Part shown: positions 28,615 to 37,095 of the stretch, piece after piece
Layout of the letters: each line of letters opens with the position of its first letter
Numbering within the stretch: the first letter of the stretch is position 1
Assembly (NCBI GenBank): GCA_963793425.1
Contig: CAWCAG010000005.1
Coordinates: 1,525,178-1,589,177, forward strand
DNA from: an uncultured cyanobacterium
GTDB lineage: Bacteria; Cyanobacteriota; Cyanobacteriia; Cyanobacteriales; CAWCAG01
Length of the DNA stretch: 64,000 nt
Direction: 5' to 3'
Position numbers and translations under genes: made by a program
Notes under the pieces: model-generated
The model's database searches: none
Seen by the model: only the letters and a program-made list of their open reading frames with translations
Told to the model about the DNA's origin: nothing

Positions 28615-28801
28615 AAATTGACCTATATCTCTAGAAAAATAAAATTAAAAGCAAAAAGATGGGTTACAGGTTATTTTAACTAACTACATTATCCAACTCT
28701 AAATCTACGGATGCGGAAAAAATAAGCTAGCAGTTGTTGAAAGCAGCTAGAGATGTAGCCAGGGCAAATAATAAATGATCAAATGTTAAATAATTAATGA
28801 T

Positions 28802-31021
28802 ATGAGTTCTTCCCAGCCTCCCAATAAACCCCAAACTCAGATCGGCCAAATCTTTAGCCAAGCAACTCAAGTTTTCCAAAATGCCCTTGCTATTAAACCG
28901 GGGGCTAAGGTGGCAGAATTATGGGTACAAGAAGCTAATTCCCCAAAAGCCAAAGTACATAAATTACTAGGCGATCGCTACTTTTTAGGGCGCAGTTCTC
29001 AAGATGCAGATATTGTGGTTCCTAACCCGGTGGTTAGTAAGAAACATTTATCCTTAACTAGGGATAGTAAACGTCCCCGTAAGTTTATAATTCGAGATGA
29101 ACATTCTACCAACGGCATTTATTTAGGCAGAAAGAGGCTAAAATCCTTACTGCTACGTCACGGTGATATTCTTACCTTGGGACCGCCGGAACTTAAAGAT
29201 GCTGTTCGGGTTCAATTCCACAACCCACCACCGTTAATTATTCTCATTGTACGCTACCTTCTCTATGGTATTGGGGGAGTTTCTGGTTTATTCGTGTTGT
29301 GGATTGCCATAGTTTGGGCAAAATATCCCGTAGGTAGGATGCCCCCTGGGGTACAAGGACCAGTAATCGTTTATTCCAGGGAGAATGAACCTTTAAGGGA
29401 ATTGCGTAATAATACTCACCAAGAATTAAAACTTTTAAAAGATTTTTCCCCTTATTTACCCAAAGCCTTACTCGCTTCAGAAGATAGCCGTTATCACTGG
29501 CACTTTGGGGTAGATCCTTTGGGGATTGCGGGGGCTTTGCGGAGAGGTTTTGGCGGAGGTAGTACCCTCACCCAACAGGTAGCCCGTAGTCTTTTCCCGG
29601 AAGTGGGGAGAGAGAATACCATCGGGCGTAAGATTCGGGAAATGATTGTCGCTTTTAAACTAGAAACTTTTTATAGTAAAGACAAAATTATTAGAACCTA
29701 TTTAAACCGAGTTTATTTAGGGGTTGATAGTTATGGTTTTGAAGATGCGGCACAGTTTTACTTTGATAAATCAGCTAGGGATTTGGATATTTCCGAATCG
29801 GCAACCTTAGTAGCTATTTTACCAGCTCCGAATAGTTTTAATCCCGTCCAGGATTACGAAACTGCTATTAAGTTGCGTAACCGCATCATCACCCGCATGG
29901 CTGACCAAGGTAAAATTAGTGGTGAAGAAGCTTCCAGGGCTAGGCGATCGCGCATTGAAGTCAGTCCCGAAGCCAGGAGAATTTTAGGCAGCACCAAAGC
30001 ACCTTATTTTTATGCCTATATTTTTACTGAATTAAGAGAACTATTAGGAGAAGATTTAGCGGAAGAAGGTAACTTCATTGTCCAAACTTCTTTAGATTTA
30101 GATGTGCAAGCCCAAGCTGACGGGGCTTTGCGTAACGGAGTTAATAATACCGGTTCTCGCTTGGGTTTTTCCCAGGGGGCCATCGTCACCCTCAACACTC
30201 GCAATGCGGAAATTGTCGCCATGACTGGGGGAGTAGATTATGGTCAAAGTCAGTTCAACCGTGCTTTCCAAGCTCAACGTCAACCAGGTTCCACCTTCAA
30301 AGTCTTTGCTTACGCGGCAGCAATTGAACAGGGCATTCCCCCCGGCAAAGCCTACTCCTGCGCCCCTTTAAACTGGCAAGGACAAGCCTACAAAGGCTGC
30401 GAACGGGTTGGAGGTGGTTCAGCAAATATGTATACAGGTTTGGCACAATCAGAAAATGCGATCGCCTTGCGTGTTGCCCAAGATGTAGGCTTAGATAAAA
30501 CCATTGCTATGGCTAAGAAGTTAGGGATTAAATCCAAGCTAGTAGCAACCCCTGGCTTAGTTTTGGGGCAAAGTGAAGTCAATGTTTTAGAAATTACGGG
30601 GGCTTATGCAACCTTCGCCAACAATGGAGTTTGGAATCGTCCCCACGGCATCCGTCGCGTCCTTGATAGCAGTGATTGTGAGGATTATAAGAACCCAGAC
30701 ACCTGTCGAGTAATTTACTCCTATGATCAGGATAGCAGCCGGGGTGTTCAAGCTATTTCTACGGGGGTAGCTAACACCATGAATAGCCTGTTGCGAGGGG
30801 TTATTAGTGGTACAGGCAGCGCTGCAGCCATTGGTAAAGGAGAAGCGGGTAAAACCGGAACTACTAACCGCAATGTAGATATGTGGTTTATTGGTTATGT
30901 ACCTGGCGCTCAGCTAGTAACAGGAGTATGGTTAGGTAATGACGAGATCATTGCTACTAGGGGCAGTAGCGCCCAAGCAGCGAGAATTTGGGCTAATTAT
31001 ATGGGGCAAATTACTCAATAA
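28802..31021 (+). CDS. class A penicillin-binding protein (GT51 + transpeptidase) with N-terminal FHA domain
   Basis: 739-aa ORF. FHA (YFLGRSSQDADIVVPNPVVSKKHLSL...STNGIYLGRKRL...GDILTLG), a TM helix, GT51 motifs (EDSRYHWHFGVDP, GGSTLTQQVAR), and transpeptidase motifs STFK, SEN, KTGT. Confidence 0.9.
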   Translation: MSSSQPPNKPQTQIGQIFSQATQVFQNALAIKPGAKVAELWVQEANSPKAKVHKLLGDRYFLGRSSQDADIVVPNPVVSKKHLSLTRDSKRPRKFIIRDEHSTNGIYLGRKRLKSLLLRHGDILTLGPPELKDAVRVQFHNPPPLIILIVRYLLYGIGGVSGLFVLWIAIVWAKYPVGRMPPGVQGPVIVYSRENEPLRELRNNTHQELKLLKDFSPYLPKALLASEDSRYHWHFGVDPLGIAGALRRGFGGGSTLTQQVARSLFPEVGRENTIGRKIREMIVAFKLETFYSKDKIIRTYLNRVYLGVDSYGFEDAAQFYFDKSARDLDISESATLVAILPAPNSFNPVQDYETAIKLRNRIITRMADQGKISGEEASRARRSRIEVSPEARRILGSTKAPYFYAYIFTELRELLGEDLAEEGNFIVQTSLDLDVQAQADGALRNGVNNTGSRLGFSQGAIVTLNTRNAEIVAMTGGVDYGQSQFNRAFQAQRQPGSTFKVFAYAAAIEQGIPPGKAYSCAPLNWQGQAYKGCERVGGGSANMYTGLAQSENAIALRVAQDVGLDKTIAMAKKLGIKSKLVATPGLVLGQSEVNVLEITGAYATFANNGVWNRPHGIRRVLDSSDCEDYKNPDTCRVIYSYDQDSSRGVQAISTGVANTMNSLLRGVISGTGSAAAIGKGEAGKTGTTNRNVDMWFIGYVPGAQLVTGVWLGNDEIIATRGSSAQAARIWANYMGQITQ

Positions 31022-31084
31022 TGGGGAGGGAAAAAGCTTGTTTGAGAGAATATATCCTATTACTACGCAAGCCCAATGTTCTAT

Positions 31085-31669
31085 TCACTTTGCAGCTTTC
31101 TGAAAGCGACGTTTAACAAAGTAACCTCCTAGCAAGAGTAAACCTCCCATTGCTGTGGGTTCAGGAACAGATTGAGCATCATTATCTTGGGGAAATTCTG
31201 CTTGATTTTGAGTGCAATCCGCAGCACTATTGACACCAGAGTTGCCGACTAAACCATCAGCATCTAAACAAGTCTTTGCACCACCTATACCTTCTACCTC
31301 AACTCCTAAATCAGCTTGCACGTCCGCTTCAACTAGATTGTCACCACCAATAGTAATTTCCCCTTCTAAGGAACCTTCTTTCTGGATTGCTTCTCCCAAG
31401 TTGTGCAAATCAGGGATTTCTAAGTCCTTAAGATCGTTCACTCCAACCTCAGTATAGGAATCTGTACCTAATCCTGCCAGGTTGTCTATTTCAGTGTCGC
31501 TGTTTTCCCCTAAAAAAGCATCAAGTCCGTCTTCAGTAGTAGCTCCTAAAGTAGCATCAACTGTGTTAGTTAGTGTTCCGCCTAATGAAGGAAATGCAGA
31601 TACTGAAGGTGCAAACCCTGTATTTAAAGCGGTAGTGGCGATTGCGGCGACGAAAAATAACTTGTTCAT
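31085..31669 (-). CDS. PEP-CTERM sorting-domain secreted protein
   Basis: 194-aa ORF with a signal peptide (…APSVSA), an acidic Gly/Asp/Thr-rich body, and a C-terminal VPEPTAMGGLLLLGGYFVKRRFQ (PEP motif + TM + basic cluster). Confidence 0.8.
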   Translation of the reverse strand: MNKLFFVAAIATTALNTGFAPSVSAFPSLGGTLTNTVDATLGATTEDGLDAFLGENSDTEIDNLAGLGTDSYTEVGVNDLKDLEIPDLHNLGEAIQKEGSLEGEITIGGDNLVEADVQADLGVEVEGIGGAKTCLDADGLVGNSGVNSAADCTQNQAEFPQDNDAQSVPEPTAMGGLLLLGGYFVKRRFQKAAK

Positions 31670-31936
31670 GACTTGCTCCTTTGTTTTGATTGATACTTTG
31701 TTTTTTAGCTATACCTCAGTATGAAATGCCTATGTTTGCCGTTAGGTGTGCGCGATGTTTGCGTTTATGTTTTACTTAAAGTTAATGTTTACGGAGACAA
31801 CATTTTCTGATTTTTAGGGACAATTGCAGGGTTTACCGGATCAATAGATTAGTTGTTGAGATTGATGGGGTGACGAGGAGAATAAGTAACGGCTGTTCAC
31901 TGATAAATGTAGCCTAACGGCAACGCTTACGCGAAT

Positions 31937-31964
31937 AATGTTTAATGTTCAATGTTCAATATTT
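31937..31964. repeat. 7-nt tandem array (AATGTTC family x4)
   Basis: aatgttt aatgttc aatgttc aatattt, directly 3' of an inverted copy of the dispersed core (31910-31933). Confidence 0.85.
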
Positions 31965-32104
31965 GAAGGATTTTTGCTAATAGTCCTAAAGTACTAACAG
32001 CAAATAGGACTTAGGAACTATTGAATTTAGGAACATTGCACCATGTCATTTGCTTTTGCGGTTGCCTAAGATGGAACAGTAAGCCATCAAAAGAGTACAA
32101 CAAA

Positions 32105-32464
32105 ATGAAAAAGCCCTCAATTTTCCGCACTCTCTTTAGTTCTCTGCCTATTACTGCTGCTTTTGTTGTTACTATAGTTGCGGCCCCAGCTTTTGCAGTA
32201 ACATTGCCGACTATAGATACTAACGATACTACCTGGCAATTAAATGAAGTAGCTTTGGAAATTGATGTCAATATTGAAGGGTCGCCTGTACCTAATAATA
32301 GACCAAAGCCTAATCGTCCTGCACCTAATAACAATCAATCAGCCCCTAATCGTCCTACTCCTAATAATAGACCAAAGCCTAATCGTCCTGCCCCCAATAA
32401 CAATCAACCAGCCCCTAACAATAATAGGCCTGTACCTAATCCTTCCCCTTCTAATAATAGTTAG
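32105..32464 (+). CDS. secreted Pro/Asn-rich repeat protein
   Basis: The internal ATG at 32105 gives MKKPSIFRTLFSSLPITAAFVVTIVAAPAFA (signal peptide). This is followed by NNRPKPNRPAPNNNQ-type repeats encoded by a 69-nt DNA tandem repeat (units start at 32291 and 32360). Confidence 0.6.
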   Translation: MKKPSIFRTLFSSLPITAAFVVTIVAAPAFAVTLPTIDTNDTTWQLNEVALEIDVNIEGSPVPNNRPKPNRPAPNNNQSAPNRPTPNNRPKPNRPAPNNNQPAPNNNRPVPNPSPSNNS

Positions 32465-32625
32465 TACTTACGCTGATTCTTAAGCTAACATCTCCTAGAA
32501 TTAAAAACAAAATCGATTCTCATACTGAAATCATTAATTGTTCCCTGTAGTCTACGACAACGCTACCCTAACCCTGTCCCCTCTTTTCCAGAAATGTCTA
32601 ATATGAAATTTACCCCATCAGGGTG

Positions 32626-34842
32626 TCAATTTTGAGCCACTTTTCTACCTTGATTGTTACCTCGATTTACAAAGAATATTCTGGGCAGTAATAAGCTTTT
32701 AATCAAGAAAAATAAAGAAGCTAACTCTCCTGGTGCTTTTTCAAATAACCATTGTCCTGGACGGCAAAATAACAGAGCAATTAATTGCCTTTCTTGTTCT
32801 AAGGAAAGATTAGTAAAGCTGATTTGTAAGTCAGAAATATTGTTCTTTGATTGAATAGTTTTTACTTTACCTTGTAAAATCAAGTTTTCTTTGGTTATAG
32901 TTAAATTTGCAGAATCAATATCCTTGAGAAAATTACTATTTTGAGTTAACTTTATTTTTGCACCAATTTCTGAAATTGTCGTAGTTACTCCCGCAAAAAC
33001 TTGACCTCCTGCTTCAATTTTAACTACTCGCTGTAAGTCAAACCAAGGATAGGAGTTAGGTTGAGGAATATCGATTAAGGAAAAAATGGCTATCCCTAAC
33101 AAGAAAAGATTGTAGGTACTCCAAAACCAAATTAAACCCAAACTGTTTCTTGCTTCAGTTGGTGATAGCCACAAACCAAAACTGCGTCCTAAAGCGAGCA
33201 AAGTACCGAGGAAAAGTAAAATTAAAGGAGTAGCTAATAACCAGTTTAAATGAGAGCGATCGCGGCGTATTCCTTTTGGTGTTACTTTGAATCCTTTAGA
33301 GAAGGGTTTGATTAGGGTTTGGATGACAGTTATGGCTACAGGAAGGCAATAAACTACGTTAGCAAAATCTAGGGTAAGGGCAGAACGGGAATGGTTATTT
33401 AACCAGGAGAAAGCAGCTATGTTTAAGAGGTAATAAGGTAAGAAAAAATAAAGCAATTCGTTGATGGTTGCTTGAACGGGGATAATATTGAGAAAAGAGT
33501 AGAGTATGGGGAGGATTAAAAAAGCGGCACGGGAGATATTTGTAAACCAATAAAGCAAGCTTTCAAAGTTAGCTAATCTTTGGCGAAAGTTTAGTCCGGG
33601 AATGGTTAAAGGGTTGGCATCAATAAAAAATGTTTGCAAAGTCCCCCTTGCCCAACGCAATCTTTGAGTCATTAACCCTTCGATATCTTCTGCGGCTAAG
33701 CCTGAACTTAGTTTTTCTGCTAAATAAATGACTTGATAACCAGAAGCAGAGAGTTTAATACTGGTGGCATAATCTTCACTTAAAGATGCAGTTACGAAGC
33801 CGCCGATTGTTTCTAAATGAGTTCTTCTCACCAGAAAGGAACTACCATAACACATAGCAATATCAGCCCCATCGCGAATAGGTTGGTTATGGCGAGAAAA
33901 AAGTTCTTGATCGTGGGGAATAATTGTTCCTAAACCTAAGTTGCGTCCTAAAGGTTCAAAGTTATAAAATTCTTGGTGAGTTTGTACTAAAGCAATGTTA
34001 ACTTTTTGAAAGAAGCCGACAGTACGGGTAAGAAAGTTTTGGGTGGGGATAAAATCTGCATCAAAAACAGCAATCAATTCTCCTTTGGTTTTGCCTAAAG
34101 CGTAGTTTAAGTTACCTGCTTTAGCATGAATGTTATTGGGTCGGGTGATATATTTGCAACCTAATTCCAAAGCCAATTGCGCCATTTCTGGGCGACGACT
34201 ATCATCAAGGAGATAAACAGTTTTGTTGGGGTAATCTAAAATTTGGCAACCAATAATTGTCCGGCGTAAAACTTCAGTTGGTTCACTATAGGTAGGAATA
34301 AAAATATCTACCAAAGGAGTATAAAGACTATCTGCTACTGCCACCGCCATTCTATCTGCTTCTTTGTTCCTTACTTTGCGATGCAGTAAGAAAAAGAGTT
34401 GAATAGCAACCATAGCAATAATGATTGCTTCTAAAGCTAATAAGCTGAAGCTGAAAATACCATTTAAAAGAGTATCTAAGTTAAGAGTAGACAAACTACG
34501 CCACAGCAAATAACGTACTGTAACCGCCAGAATAATAGCCACAATAATCACCCGCGACCATTTTTGTGGTTGGGGTGAAACTTTCATCACTCCTTGGGCA
34601 ATTCCAAACAAAATAATGGTGGGTAGAAATAAAGAATATTGCTGCTTAAAATTAGGAACTTCTAACCAAAAAGGGGGATTTTGTTGCCCTTGACTTAATT
34701 GTGTAAAAAAGTTAGTGATACTACAGGTTTGAGGTAAACAAACTATAGTAATGGCACACCCAGCTAATATAACTACAAAAATTAGCCATCTCAACTTACT
34801 ATGTCCAAAAATTATTTCTTTACCCCATTTAGATACTGTCAT
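32626..34842 (-). CDS. cellulose-synthase-like family 2 glycosyltransferase with C-terminal PilZ-like domain
   Basis: 738-aa ORF with multiple TM helices. GT2 processive motifs (LLDDS, VFDADF, SEDYATS, QRLRWARG). The C-terminal beta-rich domain has TISEIGAKI ((D/N)xSxxG-like). No clear RxxxR lies just upstream of it. Confidence 0.85.
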   Translation of the reverse strand: MTVSKWGKEIIFGHSKLRWLIFVVILAGCAITIVCLPQTCSITNFFTQLSQGQQNPPFWLEVPNFKQQYSLFLPTIILFGIAQGVMKVSPQPQKWSRVIIVAIILAVTVRYLLWRSLSTLNLDTLLNGIFSFSLLALEAIIIAMVAIQLFFLLHRKVRNKEADRMAVAVADSLYTPLVDIFIPTYSEPTEVLRRTIIGCQILDYPNKTVYLLDDSRRPEMAQLALELGCKYITRPNNIHAKAGNLNYALGKTKGELIAVFDADFIPTQNFLTRTVGFFQKVNIALVQTHQEFYNFEPLGRNLGLGTIIPHDQELFSRHNQPIRDGADIAMCYGSSFLVRRTHLETIGGFVTASLSEDYATSIKLSASGYQVIYLAEKLSSGLAAEDIEGLMTQRLRWARGTLQTFFIDANPLTIPGLNFRQRLANFESLLYWFTNISRAAFLILPILYSFLNIIPVQATINELLYFFLPYYLLNIAAFSWLNNHSRSALTLDFANVVYCLPVAITVIQTLIKPFSKGFKVTPKGIRRDRSHLNWLLATPLILLFLGTLLALGRSFGLWLSPTEARNSLGLIWFWSTYNLFLLGIAIFSLIDIPQPNSYPWFDLQRVVKIEAGGQVFAGVTTTISEIGAKIKLTQNSNFLKDIDSANLTITKENLILQGKVKTIQSKNNISDLQISFTNLSLEQERQLIALLFCRPGQWLFEKAPGELASLFFLIKSLLLPRIFFVNRGNNQGRKVAQN

Positions 34843-35189
34843 ACTTCCCTTTTATTAATGTCGCTTTTACCGTGACTTAGCTAAATGAGATTATCTCTAG
34901 GAATAATGAAGAAGTAGGGAAGAAACTTACCTAGCTTCTTTATCTACCAATAGTTAATGGTTGGAAACATCGAACTATGGTATCAGCCCTGAAATATTTC
35001 CCTGATTCCGTTACTATGACGAAGAAAAATGAATTTTTACTGAGTAAAACAGAAGAGTAAAGGGCAAAATTGCTAAGATAAACTATATCTCATCATTTTC
35101 TCTTTAAGTTCTCATTTGCTCCTAATTTAAACTTAGGGTTTTAGTTGAATAATTATTAATAGCAATAACGTTGTGATTAGGTATTTTTT

Positions 35190-35687
35190 ATGAACATCAG
35201 TAAAATCAATAAATTGGCGATCGCAGCTTGTCTAGGGATTTTCTTAGCAAGTTGTGCTACAGAAGCCCCAGAAGCCCCCCCGGAAGAAACTTCTGCTAGT
35301 CCGACAACAGAAGAAACAACTACCCCAGCCTCCCCCAGTGAATTACAAGCAACTGCTTCGGGTAACTTTGTTGAAGCAGAACATCCCACCGCTGGTATAG
35401 CAACCATTGTTAATGAAGATGGTAAGAATTATTTGCAGTTTGATGAGAATTTTAAAAGCGATGACGGACCAGATTTGTTTGTTTTGCTACATAAATCAGA
35501 AGTCCCCGAAACCTACAAAGAAGAAGACTATGTTAGCCTCGGTGAGTTGCAAAGCACGAATGGGAGCCAACGCTACGAAATTCCTGATAGTGTCAACCTT
35601 GCAGACTATCAATCTACAGTAATTTGGTGTCGCAAATTTGATGCCACATTCGGTTACGCAACCCTAGCTTCCGAACCAGCGGAATAG
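35190..35687 (+). CDS. DM13-domain lipoprotein
   Basis: 165-aa ORF with lipobox GIFLASC and a DM13-like pattern: GNFVEAEHPTAGIATIV...YLQFDENFKSDDGPDLFVLL...VIWCRKFDATFGYATL. Confidence 0.8.
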   Translation: MNISKINKLAIAACLGIFLASCATEAPEAPPEETSASPTTEETTTPASPSELQATASGNFVEAEHPTAGIATIVNEDGKNYLQFDENFKSDDGPDLFVLLHKSEVPETYKEEDYVSLGELQSTNGSQRYEIPDSVNLADYQSTVIWCRKFDATFGYATLASEPAE

Positions 35688-35721
35688 CACTTTAGTTGTT
35701 AATGTTGCCAAAAATAAAACT

Positions 35722-36381
35722 ATGACTGCTTCAGACTTCCTTGCTTTAATTCATCCTGCCCTAGCTGTAATTTTAGTTTTCCCCCTCATTGGTATTGTGG
35801 TTAACTTTGCCTGGGCTACTCGCCAGCGTCGCCTGCAATTAGCAGAGGGCATCAAAAGCAAAATTCCCCCAGTAGTAGGAAAAGAACACGTTCAATTAGG
35901 ACGGTGGTTAGCTAGTGCGGTGGTAATTTTGAGTTTAGTAGGGTTTGCCTACGCTATTGTTCTTAAAAACATTGTGGCGAATAATTTATGGAACAGTGAT
36001 CCTTTCCAAACAGTCTTCCTTTTCCTCCTCTTCGCCCTCACCGTTGCTTCCTTAGTCTTTCTTTATCGGGCCAGACAGAAACTGTGGCGCGGTGTCTTTG
36101 CTACTTTAACAGGTATGGGCATCGTGATCCTAGGTTGCCAAGATGGAGTCTTTCGCCGCAGCGAGGAGTGGTATTGGTCACATTTTTATTTAGGCATCGC
36201 TGCCACTTTGTTAATGATTTTCTCTTTAGCAATTATCCAAGATATTTATCAAGATAAATCCTTAACTTGGCGTAGGGTTCACATTATCCTTAATAGCATT
36301 GCCCTACTATTTTTTGTTGGTCAAGGTTTTACTGGAGTAAGAGACTTGTTTGAAATTGGTTTTTACGCCAATGCAAAATAG
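35722..36381 (+). CDS. six-helix integral membrane protein (DUF4079-like)
   Basis: 219-aa ORF, 34 nt after the DM13 gene. About six hydrophobic helices by eye. Only four His (H11, H56, H154, H187), each at the start of a helix. Confidence 0.8.
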   Translation: MTASDFLALIHPALAVILVFPLIGIVVNFAWATRQRRLQLAEGIKSKIPPVVGKEHVQLGRWLASAVVILSLVGFAYAIVLKNIVANNLWNSDPFQTVFLFLLFALTVASLVFLYRARQKLWRGVFATLTGMGIVILGCQDGVFRRSEEWYWSHFYLGIAATLLMIFSLAIIQDIYQDKSLTWRRVHIILNSIALLFFVGQGFTGVRDLFEIGFYANAK

Positions 36382-36386
36382 CTTTT

Positions 36387-36438
36387 TCAATGATCAATGT
36401 ACGGCTTGCCGTTGCCGTTAGGCATCAATGATCAAAGT
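36387..36438. repeat. composite repeat: TCAATGA heptamers flanking the core gtacggcttgccgttgccgttaggcat
   Basis: tcaatgatcaatg (36387-36399) and tcaatgatcaaag (36424-36436) flank the core at 36399-36425. It shares TTGCCGTTAGG with the copies at 31728-31754 and 31910-31933 (inverted). Confidence 0.75.
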
Positions 36439-36502
36439 AAGAGACAGAAAAGTTTTCTTTCCCTCTCACAGTCTCCCAGTCAATCTCAACAAGCCTGACA
36501 GC

Positions 36503-36558
36503 TTACTTATTACTTATTACTTATTACTTATTACTTATTACTTATTACTTATTACTTA
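36503..36558. repeat. 7-nt tandem array (TTACTTA)x8
   Basis: Eight perfect units by direct reading. The last unit provides the final Lys codon and the stop codon of the minus-strand gene 36552-37076. Confidence 0.95.
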
Positions 36559-37076
36559 GCTTCTGCTTGTTCTACAGAACGATTACGAACCCCTAAAGTT
36601 AAGCGCAAAGTCTCTTTTTGAGGTAAAGACTTAACCACCTGTCTGTACACACTATAGTTAGTGGGCAAGGTAACATTATTTTCCCCATTTTGGTAAGTCA
36701 TTTCATAACTAACTTGCCGCAACAATTCTGGTCGATGGTGCTTTTCTTGAGATTTTGCTCGTTGTTCAATTTCATTTAAACTAGGTTTAGGTGGTACTTT
36801 GGGCCACCATAAACCTTGATCATCCGGGGGAGTAAGAACCCCATCAGGTTTGTTACCATTAATGTTAAGTAAAGAGGCAGAAGCAAACTCTTCAAAACGC
36901 CTTTCTCGTTCACTTTGCCCCTGAAATTCAGGAGTATACTTAACTCGCCAGGTAAGCTGGGTTAAGGCTGTAGCTTGATATTCATTTGTGGTGATGCGGC
37001 TACAGCCAACAAAGGCAAAGCTAAGCATTAGCATTAGCCCGAAACTAAACAAACCAATTCGTCTTTTAAGTTTCAA
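36552..37076 (-). CDS. hypothetical lipoprotein
   Basis: 174-aa ORF with a signal peptide and lipobox (LSFAFVGC). No family recognised. Confidence 0.7.
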   Translation of the reverse strand: MKLKRRIGLFSFGLMLMLSFAFVGCSRITTNEYQATALTQLTWRVKYTPEFQGQSERERRFEEFASASLLNINGNKPDGVLTPPDDQGLWWPKVPPKPSLNEIEQRAKSQEKHHRPELLRQVSYEMTYQNGENNVTLPTNYSVYRQVVKSLPQKETLRLTLGVRNRSVEQAEAK

Positions 37077-37095
37077 CCTTTAACCCCTAAGCTAA

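Noticed and set aside
32011-32483. Alternative-frame ORFs (107 aa on the minus strand, 73 aa on the plus strand) overlap the Pro/Asn-repeat gene.
   Set aside because: They are by-products of the 69-nt tandem repeat. Only the frame starting at 32105 has a signal peptide and a coherent repeat protein.
36503-36558. The tandem arrays (here and at 3533, 27121, 43832, 46096, 47173, 58964) were considered as possible CRISPR arrays.
   Set aside because: The period is 7 nt with no spacers, and no cas genes are present. They are STRR-like microsatellites.
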